Shown here in pieces: positions 31,172-40,712 of a DNA stretch of 64,000 nt. The notes below the pieces were generated by a model. The model saw only the letters and a list, made by a program, of their open reading frames with translations. It had not been told where the DNA came from and did no database searches. Position 1 is the first letter of the stretch. Each line of letters opens with the position of its first letter. The position numbers and the translations under genes were made by a program. Source of the stretch: Acholeplasmataceae bacterium (lineage in GTDB: Bacteria > Bacillota_I > Bacilli_A > Acholeplasmatales > Acholeplasmataceae); NCBI GenBank assembly GCA_963667565.1, contig OY763415.1:64001-128000 (forward strand), in the 5' to 3' direction.

Positions 31172-31264
31172 ATTTGAGTAATAGATGCAAATTCTACCGA
31201 AACAAAGTCTGTTACATATCAATATGATGCATCTGGGAATCCAATAGCAACCATAGAAGGCGGA

Positions 31265-32443
31265 GTGACAACAGGATATTTGTGGGATGGAAGAAGATTG
31301 ACAGGTATAAATTATTATAATGATTCTAATGTAGATATAGAATATCGATATAACGATCAAGGTGTAAGAGTATCAAAAGAAACTAACACACATGAATATG
31401 AATATATTGTTGATGGATATTTAGTACTCGTTGAAATCATTGATGGTACTAACTATATTTATTATACATATGATGTTGATGGTACATTGATTAGTATGAA
31501 CTACCAAGGAGTTGAGTATTACTATATCAGTAATTTGCAAGGTGACATCATTGGAATGATGGATGGATCAGGAAATATCGTGGTAAAATATAGTTATGAT
31601 GCATGGGGAAATATTGTATATCAATGGACATTAATCACAAACTTAGATCATATCAATCCATATCGATATAGAGGATATCGATATGACGTGGAAACAAATC
31701 TATATTATTTAAATGCAAGATATTATGATCCATCCATAGCAAGATTTATATCAGCTGATGATGTGAGTTTTATATCAGATGATCAAGCAGCAAGTATTAA
31801 TTTATATGCTTATTCTTTAAACAATCCAGTTATGTATTCAGACTTTAGTGGTAATATGCCAGAATGGTTAGAAAATACCCTTGTAATTGGAGGTGTAGCA
31901 CTTCTAATTGCTGGTATAGCGATGGCAGCTTTGTTTACCGGTGGGCTAGCTGGAGCAGCTTTAATGGCTGTAGCATTCAGCACAGGAATAGGTGCATATA
32001 ATGGTTTAACGACAGCAATAGAAGATGGCACTAGTATTGCCGCAGGTGTATTAAGCGGAGGACTAAAAGGATTAGCAACAGGCGTAGCGATAGGATTAGG
32101 TATAATGACAGGTGGTGGGGCCTTTTCTGCTCTTGGGGGGTTAGCAGCTTTTGGTGGATCATTAGCAGTTAACTTTGGAGCAGGTATTGGTTGTTATGCG
32201 ATTGATTCAAAGATGAATAATAGAGGTTTTTCTTGGAATAGTGCAATTAATAATGGATTTAAACAAATGGCATCAGGAGCATTCGCTTTTGCCGCTGGAG
32301 GTTTAATTGGCGTTTCTGGTTTTTATAATATTCCTGGACAAACAAAAATGTTTTCATCTCAATGGTTTGGAAATATAGCTTCGGGATTATTATTGAAGGC
32401 TGTGTATTACTATGGAATAGACACTACGATTAGGATGATATAA
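31265..32443 (+). CDS. Rhs orphan: core plus Gly/Ala-rich hydrophobic tip 2
   Basis: YD repeats, Rhs core, NNPVMYSDFSG junction; frame open from 31178 without a clear start. Confidence 0.88.
   Translation: MTTGYLWDGRRLTGINYYNDSNVDIEYRYNDQGVRVSKETNTHEYEYIVDGYLVLVEIIDGTNYIYYTYDVDGTLISMNYQGVEYYYISNLQGDIIGMMDGSGNIVVKYSYDAWGNIVYQWTLITNLDHINPYRYRGYRYDVETNLYYLNARYYDPSIARFISADDVSFISDDQAASINLYAYSLNNPVMYSDFSGNMPEWLENTLVIGGVALLIAGIAMAALFTGGLAGAALMAVAFSTGIGAYNGLTTAIEDGTSIAAGVLSGGLKGLATGVAIGLGIMTGGGAFSALGGLAAFGGSLAVNFGAGIGCYAIDSKMNNRGFSWNSAINNGFKQMASGAFAFAAGGLIGVSGFYNIPGQTKMFSSQWFGNIASGLLLKAVYYYGIDTTIRMI
31330..31834 (+). repeat. Rhs core repeat copy 2
   Basis: ~94% identical to copy 1 by manual count. 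Confidence 0.95.
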
Positions 32444-32444
32444 G

Positions 32445-32960
32445 GTGGTAAGAATGAAAATAAAATTAAAATCAAACAGGAAATTTATTGTCTATTTTAC
32501 TTTTCCATTCATAATTTTTTATGCAGCATTTATTGTCTATTTTTTAGTAAGTCATATGCTAAAAACACTCGATATTTCTTTAAACTTAGGGTGGTTTATA
32601 TCTAGTTTAATAATAGTAATGTTATTGATAGCGGTTCTTTTATTTGCAATATACTACAAAGGTAAAAATTATATTTTTAACGAGAAAAGCATTGAAGTAT
32701 ATAACAAGAATATACTAATTAAAAAAATTCAAATAAGCAATGTAAGTATTATGCATTATTATCCTTGGCGTTTTCATTATTTAGTAACGGTTTTTTTTGG
32801 AGCTTTAAATGAATGTGGTGCAAGCCAAATATATATCAAGGAAATTAATGGTTCAATTAGTAAAATTGGTTATATAAGTGAAAAGGATGCAATAATCCTT
32901 CAAGAAAAACTGTATTCAAATAAGCTTGAGATAATACATGATAAAAGGAAGAATGATTAA
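32445..32960 (+). CDS. Membrane protein, putative immunity to tip 2
   Basis: Abuts the tip 2 stop; 2 TM plus soluble beta-rich domain. Confidence 0.65.
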   Translation: MVRMKIKLKSNRKFIVYFTFPFIIFYAAFIVYFLVSHMLKTLDISLNLGWFISSLIIVMLLIAVLLFAIYYKGKNYIFNEKSIEVYNKNILIKKIQISNVSIMHYYPWRFHYLVTVFFGALNECGASQIYIKEINGSISKIGYISEKDAIILQEKLYSNKLEIIHDKRKND

Positions 32961-33134
32961 TTTAATTTGAATATAAGTAAGAAAACTGAAGTTGGATTAA
33001 AAATTTAAAAAATATAACTTTACTCAGGAGTTTTTAAACATATGTTCCAGGATGTACTAAAAGTGTTACATGTAAACATTGCAATTGATGATATTTTATT
33101 TATAGATTTGATGCAGAGTATTCAAGAATGATTC

Positions 33135-33362
33135 ATGTTGTTTGGATTTATGTGTGAGAACATAATGCTTACTGAAAAGGATATCGGTATTAGTAAATTA
33201 GAAGATTACTACGCTTATGTACTTATTGCAAAAGTCATTTCCAAAGAGGACTGTGTAGTAGTTATTGGTGGTAAACTAATTAAACTAGATACCCCATTTC
33301 CTATCGATGTAGAAATAAATACAAAAGTAATGTTTTCAGTAAAAAGGCTAGATATAATTTAG
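33135..33362 (+). pseudogene. C-terminal fragment of a hypothetical protein
   Basis: Protein-like 75-aa frame lacking an RBS; upstream frame disrupted. Confidence 0.4.
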
Positions 33363-33370
33363 ATAATGAA

Positions 33371-33445
33371 AGGTAAACAGACTCAATATTATCAAATAGG
33401 TTAATCACCTAAGTTTTAATCACGAAATATTGAGTTTAATTGCCT
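33371..33445. repeat. Imperfect inverted repeat upstream of the recombinase stub
   Basis: aggtaa..agactcaatatt / aatattgagttt..ttgcct with inner taggt/accta. Confidence 0.6.
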
Positions 33446-33520
33446 ATATTAAGCGGTTTTTTATAATTGATAAATTTGTGTATAATTGATTCATAATGAG
33501 TCTGTTTGAAGGGTGTATTT

Positions 33521-33616
33521 ATGAATGACAATAAGATAACCACGCTATATTGTAGAATTTCAAGAGAAGATGACCTAATACAAGAGAGTTTAAGTATTGC
33601 AACACAAAAGAAGTAA
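33521..33616 (+). pseudogene. 31-codon stub of a large serine recombinase (TnpX-like N-terminus)
   Basis: MNDNKITTLYCRISREDDLIQESLSIATQKK*: YxRxS catalytic motif and S-I-x-x-Q. Confidence 0.75.
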
Positions 33617-33633
33617 ATAGAGGAAAATGATTT

Positions 33634-34176
33634 ATGGGGAAAATACTAAAATCAATGTGTTTTTTATTAATTATCGCCAGCGTTTTTTTACTTACTGCTT
33701 GCGACTATGGATACTATTTATATCACGATCATATCCGTATAAATAGTGAAGTTAAAGAAATACAACTCATCAATTATCATAATCCAGTTGATGCAGAAAA
33801 TTCAACAGAGAACACTATTTTCGATGTTGAAAAACTTGTCGTACTTGAAACGCTTAATATAGACAATTACGAAAGTTTTTTGAGCGAACTATCTGAAATA
33901 GGTGGTCTTTCAAGCAAACTTGAACAAACTATTAATTCACCTAATGGTAAAGGTATTTTGATAACCTATCAAGATGATGGGTTTACGATTATCACTGTTT
34001 CTAATATTAACGACAATGATTGTATTTTTGTAGGACACTATGATGCAAATGCAGATATAGAAGGGTTTTACGGCATTTCTTGGCCTGAGATGATAGATGA
34101 TTTTAAGGCAATCATATTAAAGTATTTTGACACGACTATTGATTATAATGAAATTATTTCTAGTGGTATCTTATGA
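33634..34176 (+). CDS. Hypothetical lipoprotein
   Basis: GAGG RBS; signal peptide with LTAC lipobox. Confidence 0.75.
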   Translation: MGKILKSMCFLLIIASVFLLTACDYGYYLYHDHIRINSEVKEIQLINYHNPVDAENSTENTIFDVEKLVVLETLNIDNYESFLSELSEIGGLSSKLEQTINSPNGKGILITYQDDGFTIITVSNINDNDCIFVGHYDANADIEGFYGISWPEMIDDFKAIILKYFDTTIDYNEIISSGIL

Positions 34177-34334
34177 AAATGCGCTGATAAGTATTTGAGT
34201 CTTAGCGAAGTTTTCTCTACTTTCTTTAACAGCAACAATATTCACACAAGGATTATCAATAGTACTTGAAACACCAAAAAAATGAATTTGTTTATAATTT
34301 AACATCATATGTGGTTATCTCTGATTATATTACT

Positions 34335-34565
34335 CCAGTGATGGATTATGATTCTTATGGGACATTTGATTGGGCAAGAATACTTTTGGCAGCGGGAATA
34401 GTAGCAAGTGGTGCTGCATTATTAGTCATAGGGTGAGGATCTATAGGTATTATTGTTATTGCATCCTTACCAGTACCAGGAGCTAGATCTGCAGCTGCAA
34501 CAGCTGGATTAATTTTGATTATTATCGGTTTTGTTGAATATGGAGATGGAGGATATTATCTATAA
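34335..34565 (+). pseudogene. Chimeric Rhs tip remnant (tip-1 start fused to a different C-terminus)
   Basis: 34335-34435 matches 29006-29106 (7 mismatches in 101); TGA at 34434; frame continues to a TAA overlapping the next ATG. Confidence 0.8.
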
Positions 34566-35047
34566 TGTTAAAGGATTGCATTTATTATGAGAATACTCAT
34601 AAATATAGACAGTGGTACGTTATTTTAGTAGTGCTTTTTTTCATTGGATTTATATGTGGGATGAGTGCGATAATTGTTTATCATGTTATAAAACCTGTTG
34701 ATTTGTTGGCGCAATATCATCCAAAAGGAGAAGAGTTTGTAGGCACTATAACTAGTAGTATATTCTTAGTTTATTTTGCTGTTCTTTCTTATAGATCAAA
34801 AAATCACGTTCAGTCTATTTGTATAAATGAAAGTAAAGTGAAATTAGTAATTAGGAATAAAGAAAGAGTTTTTTATAAATCTGATTTTATCAGCTTTCAA
34901 GTTTCTAGAAATTATTTGTTCTATGTAGAATATATCTTGAACTTCAAGGACATGACCAATATTATGATAGTTTCACAGAAAAAAAATAATATATCAAATA
35001 TTTTAAATGAAATAATTAAACATAATGTAGAGCAAGTAATTGTATAA
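34565..35047 (+). CDS. Membrane protein, putative orphan immunity
   Basis: TAATG coupling to the tip remnant; 2 TM plus beta-rich domain. Confidence 0.65.
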   Translation: MLKDCIYYENTHKYRQWYVILVVLFFIGFICGMSAIIVYHVIKPVDLLAQYHPKGEEFVGTITSSIFLVYFAVLSYRSKNHVQSICINESKVKLVIRNKERVFYKSDFISFQVSRNYLFYVEYILNFKDMTNIMIVSQKKNNISNILNEIIKHNVEQVIV

Positions 35048-35176
35048 ACAAATGGGACATAACTAGATTTATTCAAAAAAGTAATTATCCTCGAAAAAAG
35101 GATGAGCACAAAAAGCGCGTTGTAAGGTCTATTATGTACATGTTGGACTAGTATGATGCTTATCTCTGAATACATT

Positions 35177-35275
35177 CCTTCAGTCATGTATATCGATAGC
35201 ACTGGAAATAACATATAAGCTGAAGCTCTAAAAGGAAGTGTAGTAGGTGGAGCACTTATTTGTTGTTGCAACCGT
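35177..35275 (+). pseudogene. Degenerate Rhs junction remnant
   Basis: Reads PSVMYIDSTGNNI*AEALKGSVVGGAL, resembling the PVMYxDxxG junction. Confidence 0.45.
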
Positions 35276-35453
35276 TTATACAACTATTAATTAATTTAGT
35301 AGTTATAAGGTATTATTTCTATATTGTCTGAGAATTCTATTATCCAATAATATTTATTGAAATAAAAAGATATGAGCACATTCAAGTATGACAAACTATT
35401 TTACATATTCCGATAAATTGGGTCTTCCTGAAATTCTTTAAAGATCAGATTTT

Positions 35454-35581
35454 ATTAAACCAGCACATGATGGAAAGAAACACTATGATTATACAGATAA
35501 CAATGGAGAATGTTTGAAGATGGTACTGTAGAACCAAGTAATGGACATATATCTGGTGTAGAAACTGAAAATGGAGAGTAA
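35454..35581 (+). pseudogene. Frameshifted remnant of a soluble toxin tip
   Basis: PAHDGKKHYDYTDNNG / MFEDGTVEPSNG...ENGE* ending 5 nt before the next ATG. Confidence 0.45.
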
Positions 35582-35586
35582 AACAA

Positions 35587-36222
35587 ATGAAAATATATGA
35601 TTATTTGAAATTAAGTGATGGAGAAAAAGTAATCAGAGAACAATTGGATATAATTCAAAAAAAAAGAATAAATAAATTTTCAGAAGATGATATCGTATAT
35701 ATACTTCATAAATTTATAGACCCTGAAAGGGTTTTAATTAAAAAATTTTCACAAGTTATATCGGTTGATGTAAAAAATAAGTCTATGGTGGAAATATATG
35801 ATACTATAAAAAAATTTTTCACTGATGAAGTTTTATTTATAACTAATTGGGACATTGCCAGAAATACTGACGAATGGGCAAAAAGAGATGAGCATTATAA
35901 TGCACATGTTGATAAGAAAATTGATTTATGGAATTATAACGAAAAAACTGAAGAGTTTTACAACAGTGAAACATATTATGAAATCAAAAAAGAAAACTAT
36001 GATGAAAAAACATTTTTCCAGATCATAGACGAATTTAAAAGTTTCGAGAATTACCATGGATATTTGATAGATAGGACAAAAATTGAATCTTTTAAGAATT
36101 ATATGGAACTAAAAGATAAAAAAAACGCTAAAGATAAATTGATAGATAGTTTTAACAAATCAGTAAAAGGATATTTTTCTGGTATCCATGAACATGAAAT
36201 TCTATTTGTAATTCTAAAATAA
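35587..36222 (+). CDS. Soluble hypothetical protein, putative orphan immunity
   Basis: 211-aa ORF with GGAG RBS directly after the tip remnant. Confidence 0.6.
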   Translation: MKIYDYLKLSDGEKVIREQLDIIQKKRINKFSEDDIVYILHKFIDPERVLIKKFSQVISVDVKNKSMVEIYDTIKKFFTDEVLFITNWDIARNTDEWAKRDEHYNAHVDKKIDLWNYNEKTEEFYNSETYYEIKKENYDEKTFFQIIDEFKSFENYHGYLIDRTKIESFKNYMELKDKKNAKDKLIDSFNKSVKGYFSGIHEHEILFVILK

Positions 36223-36455
36223 ATATTGGTTAAACTCTTCTTGAGTTATAGTTAACTATATAATATAGTGTCATATTTTTATACCCGCAAACAAGCACCG
36301 ACATGTCATTCATTTGAATCCGTGCTCTTTCTTTTGGGTCATTAAAAAATAGCAAAGAAATGAATAAAATTTCATCGATTGAAAAGTTTTTCATGTGTTT
36401 CAGCAAAATAGAAAGTGATATCTTACTATTGTTAGGATATTAGAGGAGATTACTA

Positions 36456-37262
36456 ATGAACATTGAAGAATATGTAGAATGGCTATATGATTTTGAAGAA
36501 GATTTACTCATAAGTGAACCATCATCAATAATCATAGAACAATATATGGATACGGGAAGAATAGGAACCAGATTCATCAATAATCTGATGGAAGAATATG
36601 GTGAACTTTTTAATGAGCCTGTAAATGGTATTAAAACAAAAATTTTGCTAGTTTTTACTATGAAGTCTTTGCAGGTGAAAACTTTGATAGAGATTGATGA
36701 ATCTCAAGTGGTTCATCTAAATGATAAATATGTTGACATGTTTCAGCGTATAAAAACTGATGATGTTTTCAAAATAACAAAAAGAAGAAAAAAAATAGAA
36801 CTTGGCGAGTTAGCACAACTCAAAGAACATGCTATTTATAGAATGAAATTTGATTTTGATGAAAAAAAATATATATATTTTTATACAATTGACCTTTCGG
36901 ATTTAAAAAGAGATAGATCATTCCAGCTTATATTATTTGATTATTTTGATGAAAATACAGATGTTAACTTTAGTCAGTATGATATACTACAACTGCCTTT
37001 TCTGTATATTCCAGCAACTGCAACTAGACCACCACTCTATAAGAGAAATTTTTTGGTTGCTGTCACATATTCAAGTACTCAAATGATCAGCAAGTATAAT
37101 ATTGAATTTATACAAGATTATTCTTTATCGCAAAAACAACGCTTTTCAATAACTGATGAATATGGAGAAATAAAAAGGTCAGTTTCCATTATTAGGGAAG
37201 CAAGCTTTTCTGAATGGTTACATAAAACCTTTTTATTGGATAAAAAGCTAAGCAATAAGTAG
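36456..37262 (+). CDS. Hypothetical protein
   Basis: 268-aa ORF with GAGGAG RBS; no motif recognised. Confidence 0.65.
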   Translation: MNIEEYVEWLYDFEEDLLISEPSSIIIEQYMDTGRIGTRFINNLMEEYGELFNEPVNGIKTKILLVFTMKSLQVKTLIEIDESQVVHLNDKYVDMFQRIKTDDVFKITKRRKKIELGELAQLKEHAIYRMKFDFDEKKYIYFYTIDLSDLKRDRSFQLILFDYFDENTDVNFSQYDILQLPFLYIPATATRPPLYKRNFLVAVTYSSTQMISKYNIEFIQDYSLSQKQRFSITDEYGEIKRSVSIIREASFSEWLHKTFLLDKKLSNK

Positions 37263-37355
37263 CAATGTATAAGTATTAAAGATCACTATAAATACACAAG
37301 ATGTAATTACATTTGTTTTTCATCAAATAGAAGTCATGCATACTTTAAATAAACC

Positions 37356-37401
37356 AGCCAAATCTCAATTATAAATTATGATTATTGAGATTTGGCTTTT
37401 T
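37356..37401 (+). terminator. Long hairpin/terminator at the island end
   Basis: agccaaatctcaat / attgagatttggct plus T-run. Confidence 0.7.
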
Positions 37402-37435
37402 ATGTAAAAATAAGTAAAAAATATTTATAAAATTA

Positions 37436-37464
37436 TTGACATTAAAGAGCCTTTATTATATAAT
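37436..37464 (+). promoter_or_regulatory. Consensus SigA promoter of the str operon
   Basis: TTGACA-17-TATAAT. Confidence 0.88.
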
Positions 37465-37586
37465 TAAAACGCTGTGTGATTTACACACAATACGAATTAT
37501 TTTATTGGCTCTATGAAGCCAAAAAAATTTTTTAGACCAAAAAAAGAAACGCATGGATATGTGTCTATAGAAAGGAGAACAATCAT

Positions 37587-38006
37587 ATGCCTACAATGCA
37601 ACAACTTGTAAAAAAAGGAAGAACTGACAAAAAATACAAATCAAAGTCACCTGCACTTGGATACGGTTATAACAGTTTACAAAAGAACGAAAGTGTTTAT
37701 GCATCGCCACAAAAACGTGGAGTATGTACACGTGTTACAACAATGACACCTAAAAAACCAAACTCAGCGCTACGTAAATATGCCAGAGTACGTTTAAGTA
37801 ATCAAACTGAAGTAACAGCATACATCCCAGGAATTGGACATTCACTTCAAGAACATAGTGTTGTCTTAATTCGTGGAGGACGTGTAAAAGACCTTCCAGG
37901 GGTACGTTATCACATCGTACGTGGTACATTAGATGCTTCAGGAGTGGCTAACCGTCAACAAGCTCGTTCAAAATATGGTGCTAAACGCCCAAAAGCAAAA
38001 AAATAA
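37587..38006 (+). CDS. rpsL: 30S ribosomal protein S12
   Basis: [23 protein letters not shown]. Confidence 0.99.
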   Translation: MPTMQQLVKKGRTDKKYKSKSPALGYGYNSLQKNESVYASPQKRGVCTRVTTMTPKKPNSALRKYARVRLSNQTEVTAYIPGIGHSLQEHSVVLIRGGRVKDLPGVRYHIVRGTLDASGVANRQQARSKYGAKRPKAKK

Positions 38007-38057
38007 ACTAAAAAATAACTAAAAGATAAAAATCTTATTGAAAGGAAAGGTGAACTT

Positions 38058-38528
38058 ATGCCACGTAAAGGACATATAGTAAAACGCGACGTTTTACCTG
38101 ATCCAATTTACCAATCTAAGTTAGTAACAAGAATTGTCAATACTATCATGTTAGATGGTAAAAAAGGAACTGCACAAAGTATTTTATACGGTGCATTTAA
38201 CCGCGTAAAGGATGTAACTGGACGCGAACCAATTGAAGTATTTAATGAAGCTTTAAATAATATTATGCCTGTAATCGAAGTTCGTTCTAGACGTATTGGT
38301 GGTCAAAACTATCAAGTACCAGTCGAAGTAAGAGCTTCACGTAAACAAACTTTAGGCTTAAGATGGCTAATCAACTATGCAAGACTCAGAAATGAGAAAA
38401 CAATGGAAGAAAGATTAGCAAAAGAAATTATGGACGCAGCAAATGGAACAGGTGCTGCTGTTAAGAAACGTGAAGATGTGCATAGAATGGCTGAAGCAAA
38501 TAAAGCATTCGCACACTACCGTTGGTAA
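38058..38528 (+). CDS. rpsG: 30S ribosomal protein S7
   Basis: [26 protein letters not shown]. Confidence 0.99.
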   Translation: MPRKGHIVKRDVLPDPIYQSKLVTRIVNTIMLDGKKGTAQSILYGAFNRVKDVTGREPIEVFNEALNNIMPVIEVRSRRIGGQNYQVPVEVRASRKQTLGLRWLINYARLRNEKTMEERLAKEIMDAANGTGAAVKKREDVHRMAEANKAFAHYRW

Positions 38529-38546
38529 GAGAAGGAGAATTAAATT

Positions 38547-40619
38547 ATGCCTCGTGTATTCCCGTTGAACAAAGTTCGTAACATAGGAATTATGGCTCAT
38601 ATTGATGCCGGTAAAACAACAACGACAGAAAGAATTCTTTTCCATACAGGTAGAATTCATAAAATCGGTGAAGTTCACGAAGGTGCAGCTACAATGGACT
38701 GGATGGCCCAAGAACAGGAACGTGGTATTACGATTACTTCTGCTGCGACAACGGCATTCTGGAAAGATCATAAAGTAAACATTATTGATACTCCAGGTCA
38801 CGTTGATTTCACAGTTGAAGTGTCACGCTCACTGCGTGTTCTAGATGGTGCAGTTACAGTTTTAGATGCACAAGCCGGAGTTGAACCTCAAACTGAAACA
38901 GTTTGGCGTCAAGCTACTGAGTATAAAGTTCCAAGAATCGTGTTCATTAATAAAATGGATAAGATTGGTGCTGATTTCGCAAAATCAATTAAAACTATTC
39001 ATAATCGTTTAGGTGTTAAAGCTGTGCCAGTACAATGGCCAATTGGCGCTGAAGCTGAATTTGATGGTGTGATTGATTTATTAACTAGAAAAGCTTACCA
39101 TTTTGATGGTGGTGCTGAAGAAATCGCACAAGAAATAGAAATTCCAAGTCATTTAGTTGATATCGTTGAAGAAAAACGTATGGAGTTAATTGAAGCAGTT
39201 GCTGATTTTAACGAAGATATCATGATGGCTTACCTTGAAGGTGAAGAAGTCAATATTGAAGATGTTAAGAAAACCATTCGTAAAGCAACTTTAGATGTTA
39301 AATTCTTCCCAGTTATTTGTGGTACTGCATTTAAGAACAAAGGTGTTAAATTATTACTAGATGCTGTCATTGATTATTTACCAGCTCCAACAGATATTGC
39401 TGCTGTGATTGGTGAAGATGAAGACGGAAATCAAGTAGAACGTCATCCAAACGATGATGAACCATTTACAGCTTTAGCATTTAAAGTGATGACTGACCCA
39501 TATGTTGGACGTTTAACATTCTTCCGCGTATATTCAGGTAAAATTTCTGCTGGTTCTTATGTATTAAACACAAATAAAGATGAAAAAGAAAGATTTGGAC
39601 GTATTCTTCAAATGCATGCGAACAATCGTGAAGAAATCACGGATGTTTATGCAGGTGATATTGCAGCCGTTGTTGGTTTAAAGAACACAACAACTGGTGA
39701 TACTCTAGCTATGGTTGGAGATGATATCATTTTAGAATCAATGGTATTCCCTGAACCTGTTATTAACGTCGCAATTGAACCAAAGACTAAGCAAGATCAA
39801 GATAAGATGAGTGCAGCTTTAGTTAAACTTGCAGAAGAAGATCCAACATTCAAAACTTTTACTGACCATGAAACAGGTCAAACCATTATTGCTGGTATGG
39901 GTGAATTACACTTAGATATTATTGTTGACCGTATGAAACGTGAGTTTAAAGTTGAAGCAAACGTTGCTGAACCTCAAGTATCATATAGAGAAACCATTAG
40001 TGCACCAGCTGAAATTGAAGCGAAATTCATTCGTCAATCAGGTGGACGTGGACAATATGGACATGTCGTCATTGATTTCGAACCAAACCCAGGTAAAGGA
40101 TTTGAATTCGTGGATAAAATTGTTGGTGGTGTGATTCCTAGAGAATACATTCCAGCAGTTCTAAAAGGTCTTGAAGAAGCATTACCTAATGGTATTATTG
40201 CTGGTTATCCAGTATTAGATATTAAAGCAACTCTTAAGTTTGGTTCATATCATGATGTTGACTCATCTGAAATGGCTTATAAGATTGCTGCTTCTATGGC
40301 TTTAAAAGATACAAAAACAAAATGTTCTCCAGTATTACTAGAACCAATCATGGACGTTGAAGTTGTTACTCCAAATGATTATGTTGGTAACGTTATTGGT
40401 GATATTACATCACGTCGTGGACGTTTAGAAAGTCAAGAAGGACGTGGAAATGCAGTTGCAATTAGAGCTTATGTACCACTATCTGAAATGTTTGGTTATG
40501 CGACATCTCTTCGCTCAAACACTCAAGGTCGTGCAAACTTCATCATGCAATTTGCTCACTATGATAGAACACCTAAATCTATTATGGATGAAATCATTAA
40601 AAAGCGCGGCTCTAATTAA
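38547..40619 (+). CDS. fusA: Elongation factor G
   Basis: [32 protein letters not shown]. Confidence 0.99.
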   Translation: MPRVFPLNKVRNIGIMAHIDAGKTTTTERILFHTGRIHKIGEVHEGAATMDWMAQEQERGITITSAATTAFWKDHKVNIIDTPGHVDFTVEVSRSLRVLDGAVTVLDAQAGVEPQTETVWRQATEYKVPRIVFINKMDKIGADFAKSIKTIHNRLGVKAVPVQWPIGAEAEFDGVIDLLTRKAYHFDGGAEEIAQEIEIPSHLVDIVEEKRMELIEAVADFNEDIMMAYLEGEEVNIEDVKKTIRKATLDVKFFPVICGTAFKNKGVKLLLDAVIDYLPAPTDIAAVIGEDEDGNQVERHPNDDEPFTALAFKVMTDPYVGRLTFFRVYSGKISAGSYVLNTNKDEKERFGRILQMHANNREEITDVYAGDIAAVVGLKNTTTGDTLAMVGDDIILESMVFPEPVINVAIEPKTKQDQDKMSAALVKLAEEDPTFKTFTDHETGQTIIAGMGELHLDIIVDRMKREFKVEANVAEPQVSYRETISAPAEIEAKFIRQSGGRGQYGHVVIDFEPNPGKGFEFVDKIVGGVIPREYIPAVLKGLEEALPNGIIAGYPVLDIKATLKFGSYHDVDSSEMAYKIAASMALKDTKTKCSPVLLEPIMDVEVVTPNDYVGNVIGDITSRRGRLESQEGRGNAVAIRAYVPLSEMFGYATSLRSNTQGRANFIMQFAHYDRTPKSIMDEIIKKRGSN

Positions 40620-40629
40620 TCTTAGTTGC

Positions 40630-40658
40630 TTGCAAAAATAGGTAATTTCATATAGAAT
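40630..40658 (+). promoter_or_regulatory. Internal tuf promoter
   Basis: TTGCAA-17-TAGAAT. Confidence 0.65.
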
Positions 40659-40712
40659 AAATATGATAACAATAAAATTAATTTCTAAAATAAATTAGGA
40701 GGAAATATTACA

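Noticed and set aside
34434..34436. In-frame TGA read as Trp (genetic code 4)
   Set aside because: Core genes use TGG for Trp and several end in TGA with ATGA overlaps; the paralogue has TGT here, so this is a nonsense change.
35058..35127. Possible integron attC-like site (CATAAC...GCGTTGTAA) and integron-like cassette array
   Set aside because: Single weak instance with poor internal pairing; no repeated attC family between ORFs and no tyrosine integrase in the window.
35395..35441. YSDKLGL peptide as another Rhs junction
   Set aside because: Too short and lacks the preceding NP/PV motif; could be chance.
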